Assembly (NCBI GenBank): GCA_963753445.1
Contig: CAVWCG010000003.1
Location: forward strand, 100,592 to 164,591
Reading direction: 5' to 3'
DNA: 64,000 nucleotides
Origin: an uncultured Actinomycetes bacterium
GTDB lineage: Bacteria > Actinomycetota > Thermoleophilia > Solirubrobacterales > 70-9
This document shows, piece by piece, positions 34,884 to 44,093 of this stretch. The translations under genes and the position numbers were made by a program. The notes beneath the pieces were generated by a model. The model saw only the letters and a list, made by a program, of their open reading frames with translations, was not told where the DNA came from and searched no databases. Position 1 is the first letter of the stretch, and every line of letters starts with the position of its first letter.

Positions 34884-35776
34884 GTCTGAGCAAGTTCGCC
34901 GACCGGCTGACGGCGCTCGTCGAGGAGCGCCGCAGTCAGGTTTGCCTCGGCCTCGACCCCGATCCCGCGAAGCTGCTTCCGGGGATCGCGGTCGACGCCG
35001 ACGGCGGCGGCTCCCCGGCGCAACTCGCCGGGCGCGCCGTCGCCGCCCACTGCGGCGAGCTGATCGAGCGGGTCGGCCCGCACTGCGTGGCGGTCAAGCC
35101 GCAGCTCGCCTGCTTCGAACGCCTCGGCCCACCGGGCTGGGAGGCGCTCGCGGCGGCGCGTGAGGCCGCCCGCGAGGCGGGCCTGATCTTCCTCGCCGAC
35201 GGCAAGCGCGGCGACGTGCCGGTCACCGCCGCCGCCTACGCGCAGGCGCTGGTCGGCTCGACCCCGACCCCCTGGGGCGAGGTGCCGGGGCTCGGCGCCG
35301 ACGCCTTCACCGCCAACCCGCTGCTCGGCCGCGACGCGCTCGAGCCGCTGGTCGCGGCCTGCGAGGAGGTCGAGGCGGGGATGTTCGTCCTCGTCCGCAC
35401 CAGCAACCCCGGCGCCGCCGATCTGATGGACGTGCGGGCCCCCGACGCACCACTGCACGAGCGGCTCGCGGCGCTGGTCGACGAGCTCTCCGGGCGGCTC
35501 CTCGGCGACAGCGGCCTCAGCGGCCTCGGCGCCGTGGTCGGCGCGACCGAGCCCGAGCACATCGCCCGCCTCCGCGAGCTGATGCCGCGCTCCGTCTTCC
35601 TGTTGCCCGGCGTCGGCGCCCAGGGCGGCGATCCGGAGCTGCTCGGCGCCGCCTTCAGGCCCGGGCCGGCGGCGGCGATCGTCTCCTCCTCGCGCGGGAT
35701 CGCCGGCGATCCCGACCCCGCCGCCGCGGCCGAGCGCCTCCGCGCCACCCTCTGGGCCATCTCGGCCGGCGCCTGA
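34880..35776 (+). CDS. pyrF: orotidine 5'-phosphate decarboxylase (type 2); conserved N-terminus precedes the first canonical start
   Basis: ORF 35087..35776 is PyrF-like. In frame upstream it continues as SLSKFADRLTALVEERRSQVCLGLDPDPAKLL... with no ATG, GTG or TTG. The only candidates are CTG at 34880 (overlapping the hup TGA) or CTG at 34886. Confidence 0.82.
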   Translation: MSLSKFADRLTALVEERRSQVCLGLDPDPAKLLPGIAVDADGGGSPAQLAGRAVAAHCGELIERVGPHCVAVKPQLACFERLGPPGWEALAAAREAAREAGLIFLADGKRGDVPVTAAAYAQALVGSTPTPWGEVPGLGADAFTANPLLGRDALEPLVAACEEVEAGMFVLVRTSNPGAADLMDVRAPDAPLHERLAALVDELSGRLLGDSGLSGLGAVVGATEPEHIARLRELMPRSVFLLPGVGAQGGDPELLGAAFRPGPAAAIVSSSRGIAGDPDPAAAAERLRATLWAISAGA

Positions 35777-35866
35777 CAAAGGCGCTGGTATTCACCTGAT
35801 TCGCCGCTACGATCCCGCCCCAGGCTTGCCCCGGGGCCGTACGCCTCGCGCCGATCACCCGGTCCG

Positions 35867-36187
35867 ATGAAGAGAAAGCGCAGCTGGATAGCAAGGTTCC
35901 TCGCCCTCGTCGCGTTGATCGCGGCGATCGTGGCGATCGTCGTCGTCGCCTCCAACACGAACCTGCACTCGAACTCGCACAACAAGGGCAAGCAGGGCCA
36001 GGCGCACAAGCAGCAGCAGCAGAAGAAGCCGCGCACGAAGGCGAAGAAGTACGTCGTGCAGAGCGGCGACACGTTGACCTCGATCGCCCACAAGACCGGC
36101 ATCCCGTTGGCCGAACTCCAGGCGCTGAACCCTGAAGTCGACCCGCAGACGCTGATCGCGGGCGAAGTTCTGAAGCTGCAGAAGTGA
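35867..36187 (+). CDS. LysM-domain membrane-anchored protein
   Basis: ORF 35867..36187 has an N-terminal anchor, a K/Q-rich linker and a LysM domain (YVVQSGDTLTSIAHKTGIPLAELQALNP). Confidence 0.8.
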   Translation: MKRKRSWIARFLALVALIAAIVAIVVVASNTNLHSNSHNKGKQGQAHKQQQQKKPRTKAKKYVVQSGDTLTSIAHKTGIPLAELQALNPEVDPQTLIAGEVLKLQK

Positions 36188-37398
36188 GGCGGCGCCGAGT
36201 CGGCGCCCTCTTCGCGGTCCTGCTCGGCGCGCTGGCGCTCTGCGGGAGCGCCGAGGCGAAGGGACCGCAGATCCTCGCCAAGTCCTGGGCGCTGATCGAC
36301 GGGCGGACCGGCGAAGTGCTGACCTCGCACGCCGGCGCCGAACGCCGCCTGATCGCCTCGACGACGAAGCTGATGACCGCCTACGTGGCGATGAAGGACC
36401 TGCCGCTCGGCAAGATCGTCAAGGCGCAGCCCTACGAATACGAATACGGCGAGTCGGTGATGGGCCTGCGGCCGGGCCAGAGGATCAGCGTGCGCGACCT
36501 GCTCTACGGGTTGATCCTGCTGAGCGCCGGCGACGCCGCCAACACGCTGGCGATCGACGCCGCCGGGTCGGTGAAGAAGTTCGTCGCGCAGATGAACCGC
36601 CACGCCGCCGCGCTCGGCCTGACCAACACCCACTACGCCAACCCGGTCGGCCTCGACCAGAAGGGCAACTACTCGAGCGCCCTCGACCTGGCGGCGCTGA
36701 CCGAGGAACTGGAGAAGATCCCCGCCTTCGCCAAGATCGCCGACTCGCGCGAAGCGACCCTGCGCAGCGTCCACCCGACGCGGCGGATCAAGTCGATCAA
36801 CGAGCTGCTCGAAATGGCGCCCTGGGTGACCGGGGTGAAGACCGGCCACACCTGGAAGGCGGGCTACGTCCTGGTCGGCTCGGGCAGCAGGCAGGGGATC
36901 CGCCTGATCTCGGTGGCGATCGACGCGCCGACCGACGAAACCCGCTTCTCCGACAACCTCGAACTGCTCGAATGGGGCTTCCGCCAGTACCACCGGCGGG
37001 TGGCGCTCCCGAAGGGGAAGGAGCTCGCCAGCCCCTCGATCAGGTACTCGGGCGGCGAACTGCCGCTGCGCGCGGCCCATTCGCTGAAGGTCGGGATGCG
37101 CGCCGGCCAGAAGGTCTCGGTCGAAGTCGACGCGCCCCGGCAGGTGAGCGGCCCGATCCGCCGCGGCGCCCGCCTCGGCACCGCCACGGTCAGCGTCGAC
37201 GGGCTCCGCGCCGGGTCGGTGGCGCTGGTCGCGAGCCGCTCCATCGCCGCCGCGAGCAGCTTCGACAAGGCCCGGGGTTTCATCGGCGAGCATCCGGTTA
37301 CTCTCGCCTTGGTGGCGTGCGCGATACTGATCGCAGCGATGCTTCTCGGGCGGCAGCTCCGTCGAATCCGAAGGGGAAAGCGGGTGAAGCAGAAGTGA
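36184..37398 (+). CDS. D-alanyl-D-alanine carboxypeptidase (S11, PBP5/6-like)
   Basis: ORF 36184..37398 has a signal peptide, the SxxK motif ASTTKLMT, KTG in GVKTGHT and a C-terminal anchor. Confidence 0.88.
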   Translation: MRRRRVGALFAVLLGALALCGSAEAKGPQILAKSWALIDGRTGEVLTSHAGAERRLIASTTKLMTAYVAMKDLPLGKIVKAQPYEYEYGESVMGLRPGQRISVRDLLYGLILLSAGDAANTLAIDAAGSVKKFVAQMNRHAAALGLTNTHYANPVGLDQKGNYSSALDLAALTEELEKIPAFAKIADSREATLRSVHPTRRIKSINELLEMAPWVTGVKTGHTWKAGYVLVGSGSRQGIRLISVAIDAPTDETRFSDNLELLEWGFRQYHRRVALPKGKELASPSIRYSGGELPLRAAHSLKVGMRAGQKVSVEVDAPRQVSGPIRRGARLGTATVSVDGLRAGSVALVASRSIAAASSFDKARGFIGEHPVTLALVACAILIAAMLLGRQLRRIRRGKRVKQK

Positions 37399-38351
37399 TC
37401 CTCACGGTGACGCTGAACGCGGCGATCGATCGCACGGTCGCGGTTCCGAACTTCCGCCTCGGCCGTCGCCACCGCGCGGTCGAGAGCCGCACCGTGGCCG
37501 GCGGCAAGGGCATCAACGTGGCGCGGGCGCTGAACCTGCTCGGCCGCCCGGTGATCGCCACCGGCTTCGTCGGCGGGCCCTCCGGCACGCGCGTGCTCGA
37601 AGAGCTGCACGACGAGTCGGTGCTGACCGACTTCATCGCGATCGCCGCCGAGACGCGGATCAACCTCGCGGTGATCGACCCGACCTCCGGCGAGCAGACC
37701 GAGATCAACGAGCGCGGCCCGGCGGTCTCCGCCGAGGAGACGAAGCGCCTCTTCGACCGGATCGGCTACCTGGCCGGCGGGACGAAGATCTGCGTGCTGG
37801 CCGGCTCGCTGCCGCCCGGCGCCGGCGACGATCTCTACGCGCGGCTGATCGGCGACCTGCGCCGCCGCGACGTCCCGGTGGTGCTCGATGCCGAGGGCGA
37901 GGCGATGCTGCACGGGGTGCGGGCCGGTGCCTCGATGGTGACGCCGAACGAGCGCGAGGCCGAGGAGCTGGTCGGCCAGGAGTTCGCCGACAGCTCCGAC
38001 CTCGCGACCGGCCTGCTCGAGCTGGTCCGGCTCGGCGCCGAGGAAGCGGCGATCACCCGCCCGGCGGGCTGCGTCGCGGCGGTCGGCCAGAACTCCGAGC
38101 GGCGCCTGCTCGAGATCCACACCGAGCCCCTGGAGGCGGTCTCGACGGTCGGCTCCGGCGACGCTTTCGTGGCCGGCTACGTGGCCGCCCGCTACGAGGG
38201 CCGCAGCGAGGAGGAGTGCCTCGCCTACGGGGTCGCCTGCGGCGCCGAGTCGACCCAGCACTTCGGCGCCGGCTTCGTCGACCGCAACCAGGTCGAGCGG
38301 CTGCTCGGCGGGGTCGCCGTGCACGATTTGGAGGTCCCGGCCGAAGTGTAG
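37395..38351 (+). CDS. PfkB-family sugar-phosphate kinase (1-phosphofructokinase-like)
   Basis: Part of ORF 36972..38351, starting at GTG 37395 (GTGA overlap). It begins VILTVTLNAAIDRT and contains GGKGINVA and VSTVGSGDAFVAG. Confidence 0.85.
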   Translation: MILTVTLNAAIDRTVAVPNFRLGRRHRAVESRTVAGGKGINVARALNLLGRPVIATGFVGGPSGTRVLEELHDESVLTDFIAIAAETRINLAVIDPTSGEQTEINERGPAVSAEETKRLFDRIGYLAGGTKICVLAGSLPPGAGDDLYARLIGDLRRRDVPVVLDAEGEAMLHGVRAGASMVTPNEREAEELVGQEFADSSDLATGLLELVRLGAEEAAITRPAGCVAAVGQNSERRLLEIHTEPLEAVSTVGSGDAFVAGYVAARYEGRSEEECLAYGVACGAESTQHFGAGFVDRNQVERLLGGVAVHDLEVPAEV

Positions 38352-38388
38352 GCTGGTTGGTTCAACGCCAGCCCTGGAGGTAGTCACT

Positions 38389-39591
38389 TTGGAAATCGAA
38401 ATCGGCCGCGGAAAGAAAGGGCGGCGCGCCTACGGATTCGACGACATCGCGATCGTTCCTTCGCGCCGCACGCGGGACCCTGACGACATCGACATCACCT
38501 GGACCCTCGGTCCCTACCGCTTCGACCTGCCCCTGCTCGCCTCCGCCATGGACGGAGTGGTCAGTCCTGAGACCGCAGTCCTGACCAGTGAACTGGGCGG
38601 TCTCGGCGTGCTGAACCTGGAGGGCATCTGGACCCGCTTCGAGAACGCCGAGGAGAGGCTGGAGGCGATCTCCGCCGCCCCCAAGCACGAGGCGACGCGG
38701 CTGATGCAGGAGATCTACACCGAGCCCGTCAAGTCCGAGCTGATCGGCCGGCGGGTCGAGGAAATCAAGGCGAAAGGCGCGGTCGTCTGCGGCTCGCTGA
38801 CGCCGCAGAAAGTGCGGGATCACTACGAGGTGGCGGTCGAGGCGGGCCTCGACATCCTCGTCGTCCAGGGCACCGTGATCTCCGCCGAACACGTCTCGAC
38901 CACGGTCGAGCCGCTCAACCTGAAGGAGTTCATCGCCGAGGTGCCGGTGCCGACGATCGTCGGCGGCTGCGCCTCCTACTCGACCGGCCTGCACCTGATG
39001 CGGACCGGCGCGGTCGGGGTCCTGGTCGGGGTCGGCCCCGGCGCCGCCTGCACCACTCGCGGCGTGCTCGGGATCGGCGTGCCGCAGGCGACCGCGATCG
39101 CCGACGTGGCGGCCGCCCGCGCCCAGCACATGCTGGAGACCGGCGAGTACGTGAACGTGATCGCCGACGGCGGCATGCGGACCGGTGGCGACGTCTCCAA
39201 GGCGATCGCGATGGGCGCCGACGCCGTGATGGTCGGCTCGCCGCTCGCCCGCGCCAAAGAGGCACCGGGCCGCGGCTTCCACTGGGGGATGGCGACCTTC
39301 CATCCCTCGCTGCCGCGTGGGACGCGCGTCTCGACCAAGCAGGACGGGACGATGGAGCAGATCCTGCTCGGCCCGGCCCGCGAGAACGACGGCACCTTCA
39401 ACCTGATGGGGGCGCTGAAAACCTCGATGGCCACCTGTGGCTACGAGGACATCCGCAGCTTCCAGCGGGCCGAGGTGATGGTCGCGCCGGCGCTGATGAG
39501 CGAGGGCAAGAAGCTGCAGAACGAGCAGCACGTCGGGATGGGATCAAACGGGCGGGCCGCCGTGTGCTGCCGGGGTGGCCGTCTCGGATGA
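38389..39591 (+). CDS. IMP dehydrogenase-related protein lacking CBS insert (GuaB3-like)
   Basis: ORF 38389..39591, with GGAGG before the TTG. It contains [21 protein letters not shown]...[11 protein letters not shown]...[26 protein letters not shown]. Confidence 0.85.
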   Translation: MEIEIGRGKKGRRAYGFDDIAIVPSRRTRDPDDIDITWTLGPYRFDLPLLASAMDGVVSPETAVLTSELGGLGVLNLEGIWTRFENAEERLEAISAAPKHEATRLMQEIYTEPVKSELIGRRVEEIKAKGAVVCGSLTPQKVRDHYEVAVEAGLDILVVQGTVISAEHVSTTVEPLNLKEFIAEVPVPTIVGGCASYSTGLHLMRTGAVGVLVGVGPGAACTTRGVLGIGVPQATAIADVAAARAQHMLETGEYVNVIADGGMRTGGDVSKAIAMGADAVMVGSPLARAKEAPGRGFHWGMATFHPSLPRGTRVSTKQDGTMEQILLGPARENDGTFNLMGALKTSMATCGYEDIRSFQRAEVMVAPALMSEGKKLQNEQHVGMGSNGRAAVCCRGGRLG

Positions 39592-39725
39592 CTAGTCCGG
39601 CCGGAGCGCCTCCTCCGGCGGGTGGCGCCGTAGCGGGGGACCCCCCCTGAGGAAGCTTTAGCTACCGGAAGGCGGGCGGGTCCCCTGCGGCGACAGGACC
39701 CGCCGGCCGGAGCGCTACCGAGGAG
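39592..39725 (+). promoter_or_regulatory. structured intergenic leader upstream of guaA
   Basis: A 13-nt direct repeat CCGGCCGGAGCGC occurs at 39597-39609 and 39703-39715. A 9-bp hairpin spans 39675-39704. CCTCCTC at 39609-39615 is complementary to the GAGGAGG just before the guaA start. Confidence 0.3.
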
Positions 39726-41249
39726 GTGCTGGTCCTCGATTTCGGGGGCCAGTACTCGCAACTGATCGCGCGGCGGATCCGCGAATGCGGGGTCTTCGCG
39801 GAGTTGCTGCCGGCGAACGCGGACGTCGAGAAGATCCGGCGCGGGCACCGAAGGCGCTGGTGCTCTCCGGCGGGCCGGCCTCGGTCTACGAGCCGGGGGC
39901 GCCCGCCTTCCCGACCCAGCTGCTCGATCTCGACATCCCGATGCTGGGGATTTGTTACGGGATGCAGGCGATGGCGCTGGCGCTCGGCGGCAAGGTCGAA
40001 GGCGCCGAGGCGGGCGAGTTCGGGCGCACCGAGCTGACCCTGACGCGGCGGCGGCGGCCGACTGCTCGGCGGGCTGCCCGAGGAGCAGAGCTGCTGGATG
40101 AGCCACCGCGACGTGGTCCGCGAGGCGCCCGACGGGTTCACCGCGCTGGCCGCCTCGCCGAGCTCGCCGGTGGCCGCCTACGAGATGACCGACCGCGGCC
40201 TCTACGGCATCCAGTTTCACCCCGAGGTCGTCCACACGCCCTACGGGACCGAGATCCTCACCCGCTTCCTGCGCGACGTCGCCGGCTGCACCGAGCAGTG
40301 GAGCGCCGCCTCGGTGATCGACGAACAGGTGGAGAAGATCCGCGCCCAGGTCGGCGAGGGCAGGGTGATCTGCGGGCTCTCCGGCGGCGTCGACTCCTCG
40401 GTCGCGGCGCTGCTCGTCCACAAGGCGGTGGGGGAGCGGCTGACCTGCATCTACGTCGACCACGGGATGATGCGGCTGAACGAGTCCGAGCAGGTGGTCG
40501 AGACCTTCTCCCAGTTCGGCATCCCGCTGATCGCGGTCGACGCCGAAGAGCGCTTCCTCGCCAAGCTCGCCGGGGTCGACGAGCCGGAGCGCAAGCGCAA
40601 GATCATCGGCGAGGAGTTCATCCGCGTCTTCGAGGAGGAGGCGTCGAAGCTCGACGACATCGGCTATCTCGTCCAGGGGACGCTCTACTCGGACGTGATC
40701 GAGTCGGGCGGCACCGACCACGCGGCGACGATCAAGTCCCACCACAACGTCGGCGGCCTGCCCGACGACTTCGACTTCGAGCTGGTCGAGCCGCTGCGGA
40801 TGCTCTTCAAGGACGAGGTGCGCGCGGTCGGCGCCGAGCTCGGGCTGCCCGAGCGGATGGTCTGGCGCCAGCCCTTCCCGGGCCCCGGCCTGGCGATCCG
40901 CATCGTCGGCGGCGAGGTCAACCGCGAACGCCTCGACATCCTGCGCGCCGCCGACGCGATCCTGCAGGAGGAGATCCGCGCCGCCGAGATGTACCGGCAG
41001 CTCTGGCAGTCCTTCTGCGTGCTGCCGGTGGTCCGCTCGGTCGGGGTGCAGGGCGACGGGCGCACCTACGCCTACCCGATCGTGATCCGCGCGGTCACCT
41101 CCGACGACGCGATGACCGCCGACTGGGCGCGCCTGCCCTACGACCTGCTCGAGCGTGTCTCCAGCCGGATCATCAACGAGATCCGCGGCGTCAACCGCTG
41201 CGCCCTGGATATCTCGTCGAAGCCTCCGGCGACGATCGAGTGGGAGTAG
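39726..41249 (+). CDS. guaA: GMP synthase (glutamine-hydrolysing), with two compensating frame breaks
   Basis: The N-terminus [24 protein letters not shown] is in ORF 39726..40037. The middle [14 protein letters not shown]...[12 protein letters not shown] is in ORF 39785..41692. The rest, WMSHRDVV...[10 protein letters not shown]...end, is in ORF 40098..41249. The total span is 3n. Confidence 0.9.
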
Positions 41250-41257
41250 TCAGCGGC

Positions 41258-41364
41258 AGCGTGGGGGCGCCTCGCGGCGTCCTCGGTCGTTCGGCTCGGG
41301 TCACGCACTGGAGTGCGCTCCCCTCGCCTCACTTCCCTGCGTCCTGGCGAGGCTGGCCCACGCT
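41258..41364 (+). repeat. stop-codon-associated structured repeat, copy D
   Basis: It starts 9 nt after the guaA stop. Outer arms are agcgtggg / cccacgct. The core is nearly identical to copy E. Its right end overlaps the lgt stop codon. Confidence 0.7.
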
Positions 41365-42172
41365 ACCGCGTGGACGTCCTTGGACGTCGGCGCGGCGCTG
41401 GGTCCAGAGCGAACCAGGTCGCGCCGACCAGGGTGAGCGCGATGGCCACCCAGAAGTTGAGGCGCTGGCCGAGGATGTGATGGGCGGGGTCGACCCGCAG
41501 GCTCTCCTCGAAGATGCGGAAGGCCGAGTAGCCGGTGACGTAGAGGGCGAAGAGGCCGGGCGGGCGGATCTTGCGATGGTGGCCGAGCCAGACGAGGAAG
41601 GCGGCCAGCGCCAGGTCGAAGATCAGCTCGTAGAGGAAGGTCGGCTGGAAGGTGGCGTAGTGGAGGTAGCCCTCGGGGCGGTGCGCCGGTGAGATCTGCA
41701 GTGCCCAGGGGAGGTTGGTCGGGCCGCCGAAGAGCTCCTGGTTGAAGTAGTTGCCGACCCGGCCGATCGCCTGGGCGACGAGCAGGGCGGGAGCGGTCGC
41801 GTCCATGAAGGCGGGCACGCGAGACGCCGGCCCGGTGGACGCGCCAGATCCCGACCAGCGGCGCCGGCGGCGATTCCGCCCCAGATGCCGAGCCCGCCGT
41901 CCCAGACCGCGAACGGGCCCCACCAGGTGTGCGGGCATTTCGCCGAAGCTGGTGATGTCGAAGTAGAGGCGGCCGCCGATCAGGCCGGCCGGAAAGGCCC
42001 AGATCGCGACGTCGTAGACGAGGTCGGGGTCGCCGCCCTGGGCCCGCCAGCGCCGCCGCACGATCAGCACCGCCGCGGTCACGGCGATCGCGTACATCAG
42101 CCCATAGACGTGGACCTCGAACGGCCCGATGCCGAAGCCGCTGGAGGCTGGGCTGGGGATCGAGGCGATCAC
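41363..42172 (-). CDS. lgt: prolipoprotein diacylglyceryl transferase, central segment out of frame
   Basis: ORF 41363..42355, with the start at GTG 42172 ([24 protein letters not shown]). The C-terminal part has [13 protein letters not shown]. The conserved [24 protein letters not shown] is readable only in shifted frames across about 41815-41935. Confidence 0.85.
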   Translation of the reverse strand: MIASIPSPASSGFGIGPFEVHVYGLMYAIAVTAAVLIVRRRWRAQGGDPDLVYDVAIWAFPAGLIGGRLYFDITSFGEMPAHLVGPVRGLGRRARHLGRNRRRRRWSGSGASTGPASRVPAFMDATAPALLVAQAIGRVGNYFNQELFGGPTNLPWALQISPAHRPEGYLHYATFQPTFLYELIFDLALAAFLVWLGHHRKIRPPGLFALYVTGYSAFRIFEESLRVDPAHHILGQRLNFWVAIALTLVGATWFALDPAPRRRPRTSTR

Positions 42173-42222
42173 GTGGCGAAACCTAGTGATCGCCGCCGTC
42201 GGTCGCTGACGAGGCAGATAGG

Positions 42223-42245
42223 AACGAGAACAATTCTCATTATCG
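42223..42245. promoter_or_regulatory. candidate Fur-family (Zur) box upstream of the metal ABC operon
   Basis: The site aacGAGAACAATTCTCattatcg has GAGAA-N3-TTCTC dyad symmetry. It sits in the only AT-rich patch of the lgt / metal-ABC divergent region, about 60 nt before the ATG. Confidence 0.45.
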
Positions 42246-42306
42246 TGTAGTCTGCGCACCGCGACCGGTCGGGTCGCGTCACCTCGCCACGGATCAAGGA
42301 GCCTCC

Positions 42307-43257
42307 ATGTCGCCCATCTGCCGCCCTCTCGCCTCTCGCCTTGCCGCGGTCGCAATCGTCTCGCTGGCCGTCGTGGGAGCGGTCACCCTTGCCGGCTGCG
42401 GCGGCTCCTCTTCCGCCGATGCGAGCTCCGAAGGCAAGATCACCGCGGTCGGCGCCGAGAACGAGTACGCCGATGTGATCGAACAGATCGGCGGCAAGTA
42501 CGTCGACGTGAGCGCAGTCGAGAGCGACCCGAACACCGATCCCCATACCTTCGAGGCGAGTGCCAGCGTCGCCCAACAGGTCAGTGGCGCCGACGTGGTG
42601 GTCCAGAACGGACTCGGCTACGACACCTACATGGAAAAGATCGAGTCGGCCTCGTCGAGCTCGTCGCGCAAGGTGATCGACGTGCAGGAACTGCTCGGCC
42701 TGCCCGATTCGACCCCCAACCCGCACCTCTGGTACAAGCCGGAAACGATGCCCGCGGTGGCCAGGCGGCTGGTCGCCGACTTCTCGGAACTGCAGCCTGA
42801 GCACAAGTCCTACTTCGCGGCGAACCAGAAGAAGTTCGAAGCCTCGCTCGAACCCTGGCTGGAAGGCCTCGACAAGTTCACCACGAAGTTCCCCGGCGCC
42901 GCCGTCGCCACGACCGAGCCGGTGGCCGACTACATGCTGGAAGCCGCAGGGATCGAAAACCTCACCCCGTTCAGCATGCAGGCCGACATCATGAACGACA
43001 CCGATCCGGCTCCCCAGGCGGTTGCCCTGCAGGAAGGCTTCTTCAGTGAACAGAAGGCCGACGCGTTCGTCTACAACCAGCAGGTGACGGACTCGATCAC
43101 CGAAAAGTTCCTGAAGTCGGCCGCCGAGAATGGCGTGCCCGTGGTCGGCGTCTACGAGACGATGCCGACCGGCTACACCTACCAGCGCTGGATGACCGCC
43201 GAGCTGCGGGCACTGGAAGAAGCGGTCGCCAACGGGAAGTCGACCGAAGAGCTGTAG
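42307..43257 (+). CDS. metal (Zn/Mn) ABC transporter substrate-binding lipoprotein (TroA/ZnuA family)
   Basis: ORF 42307..43257 has the lipobox VTLAGC. It contains ITAVGAENEYADV...DPNTDPHTFEASASV...NPHLWY. Confidence 0.85.
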   Translation: MSPICRPLASRLAAVAIVSLAVVGAVTLAGCGGSSSADASSEGKITAVGAENEYADVIEQIGGKYVDVSAVESDPNTDPHTFEASASVAQQVSGADVVVQNGLGYDTYMEKIESASSSSSRKVIDVQELLGLPDSTPNPHLWYKPETMPAVARRLVADFSELQPEHKSYFAANQKKFEASLEPWLEGLDKFTTKFPGAAVATTEPVADYMLEAAGIENLTPFSMQADIMNDTDPAPQAVALQEGFFSEQKADAFVYNQQVTDSITEKFLKSAAENGVPVVGVYETMPTGYTYQRWMTAELRALEEAVANGKSTEEL

Positions 43258-43259
43258 AT

Positions 43260-44093
43260 ATGGCAGCAGTCGCGACCAGCGAGACCGTGCTGTCGGTCGA
43301 GGAGCTCGGCGTCCGGATCTCCGGGCGCCAGATCCTCGACGGCGTCGACTTCGCGATCGCGCCCGGTGAGTTCACCGGGCTGATCGGCTCCAACGGGGCG
43401 GGCAAGACGACGCTGTTTCGAGCCATCCTCGGCCTGCAGCCGGCAACCGCGGGGCGGATCGTGGTCGCCGGGCGGCCGCGATCGCGACGCACCGACGCGA
43501 TCGGTTACGTGCCACAGAAGTTCCTGCTCGACCCCGACCTGCCGCTGCGTGGTCGCGACCTCGTCGGGCTCGGCGTCGACGCGCGGCGTCTCGGCTTCTC
43601 CCTCGAGCGGCGCCGCCGGCGCGAGCTGGTCGATGAGATGCTCGACGCGGTGGGCGCCGAGTCCTTCGCCGACACCCGGGTCGGCCGGCTCTCGGGCGGC
43701 GAGCAGCAGCGGATCCTGATTGCGCACGCGTTGATCTCCGGACCGCGCCTGCTGCTCGCCGACGAGCCGCTCGCCAACCTCGATCTGCGCAGCGCCCAGG
43801 AGGTCGTCTCACTGCTCGCCCGGATCTGTCGCGAGCGCGGCGTCGCCGTGCTGATCTCTGCCCACGAGATCAACGCGCTGCTGCCGTCCATGGACCGGAT
43901 CGTCTACCTGGCGAACGGGCGCGCCGCGAGCGGCGCCACCGAGGAGGTGATCCGGGCCGATGTGCTCAGCCGCCTCTACGGGCAGCACGTCGACGTGATC
44001 GATGTCCACGGTCGGGTGCTGATCGTCGCCGGCGCGGGCGACGACCTTCACGGTCACGAGGAGGCGGTCCACCACGTCGAGGTGATCCAGTGA
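43260..44093 (+). CDS. metal ABC transporter ATP-binding protein
   Basis: ORF 43260..44093 has Walker A GSNGAGKTT, signature LSGGEQQR and Walker B LLLADEP. Confidence 0.9.
   Translation: MAAVATSETVLSVEELGVRISGRQILDGVDFAIAPGEFTGLIGSNGAGKTTLFRAILGLQPATAGRIVVAGRPRSRRTDAIGYVPQKFLLDPDLPLRGRDLVGLGVDARRLGFSLERRRRRELVDEMLDAVGAESFADTRVGRLSGGEQQRILIAHALISGPRLLLADEPLANLDLRSAQEVVSLLARICRERGVAVLISAHEINALLPSMDRIVYLANGRAASGATEEVIRADVLSRLYGQHVDVIDVHGRVLIVAGAGDDLHGHEEAVHHVEVIQ

Noticed and set aside
39592-39725. A purine or guanine riboswitch in the guaA leader.
   Set aside because: The only resemblance to the purine aptamer is a short CUACCGG string. The expected three-way junction with conserved loops is not evident. 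I kept it only as an unclassified structured leader.
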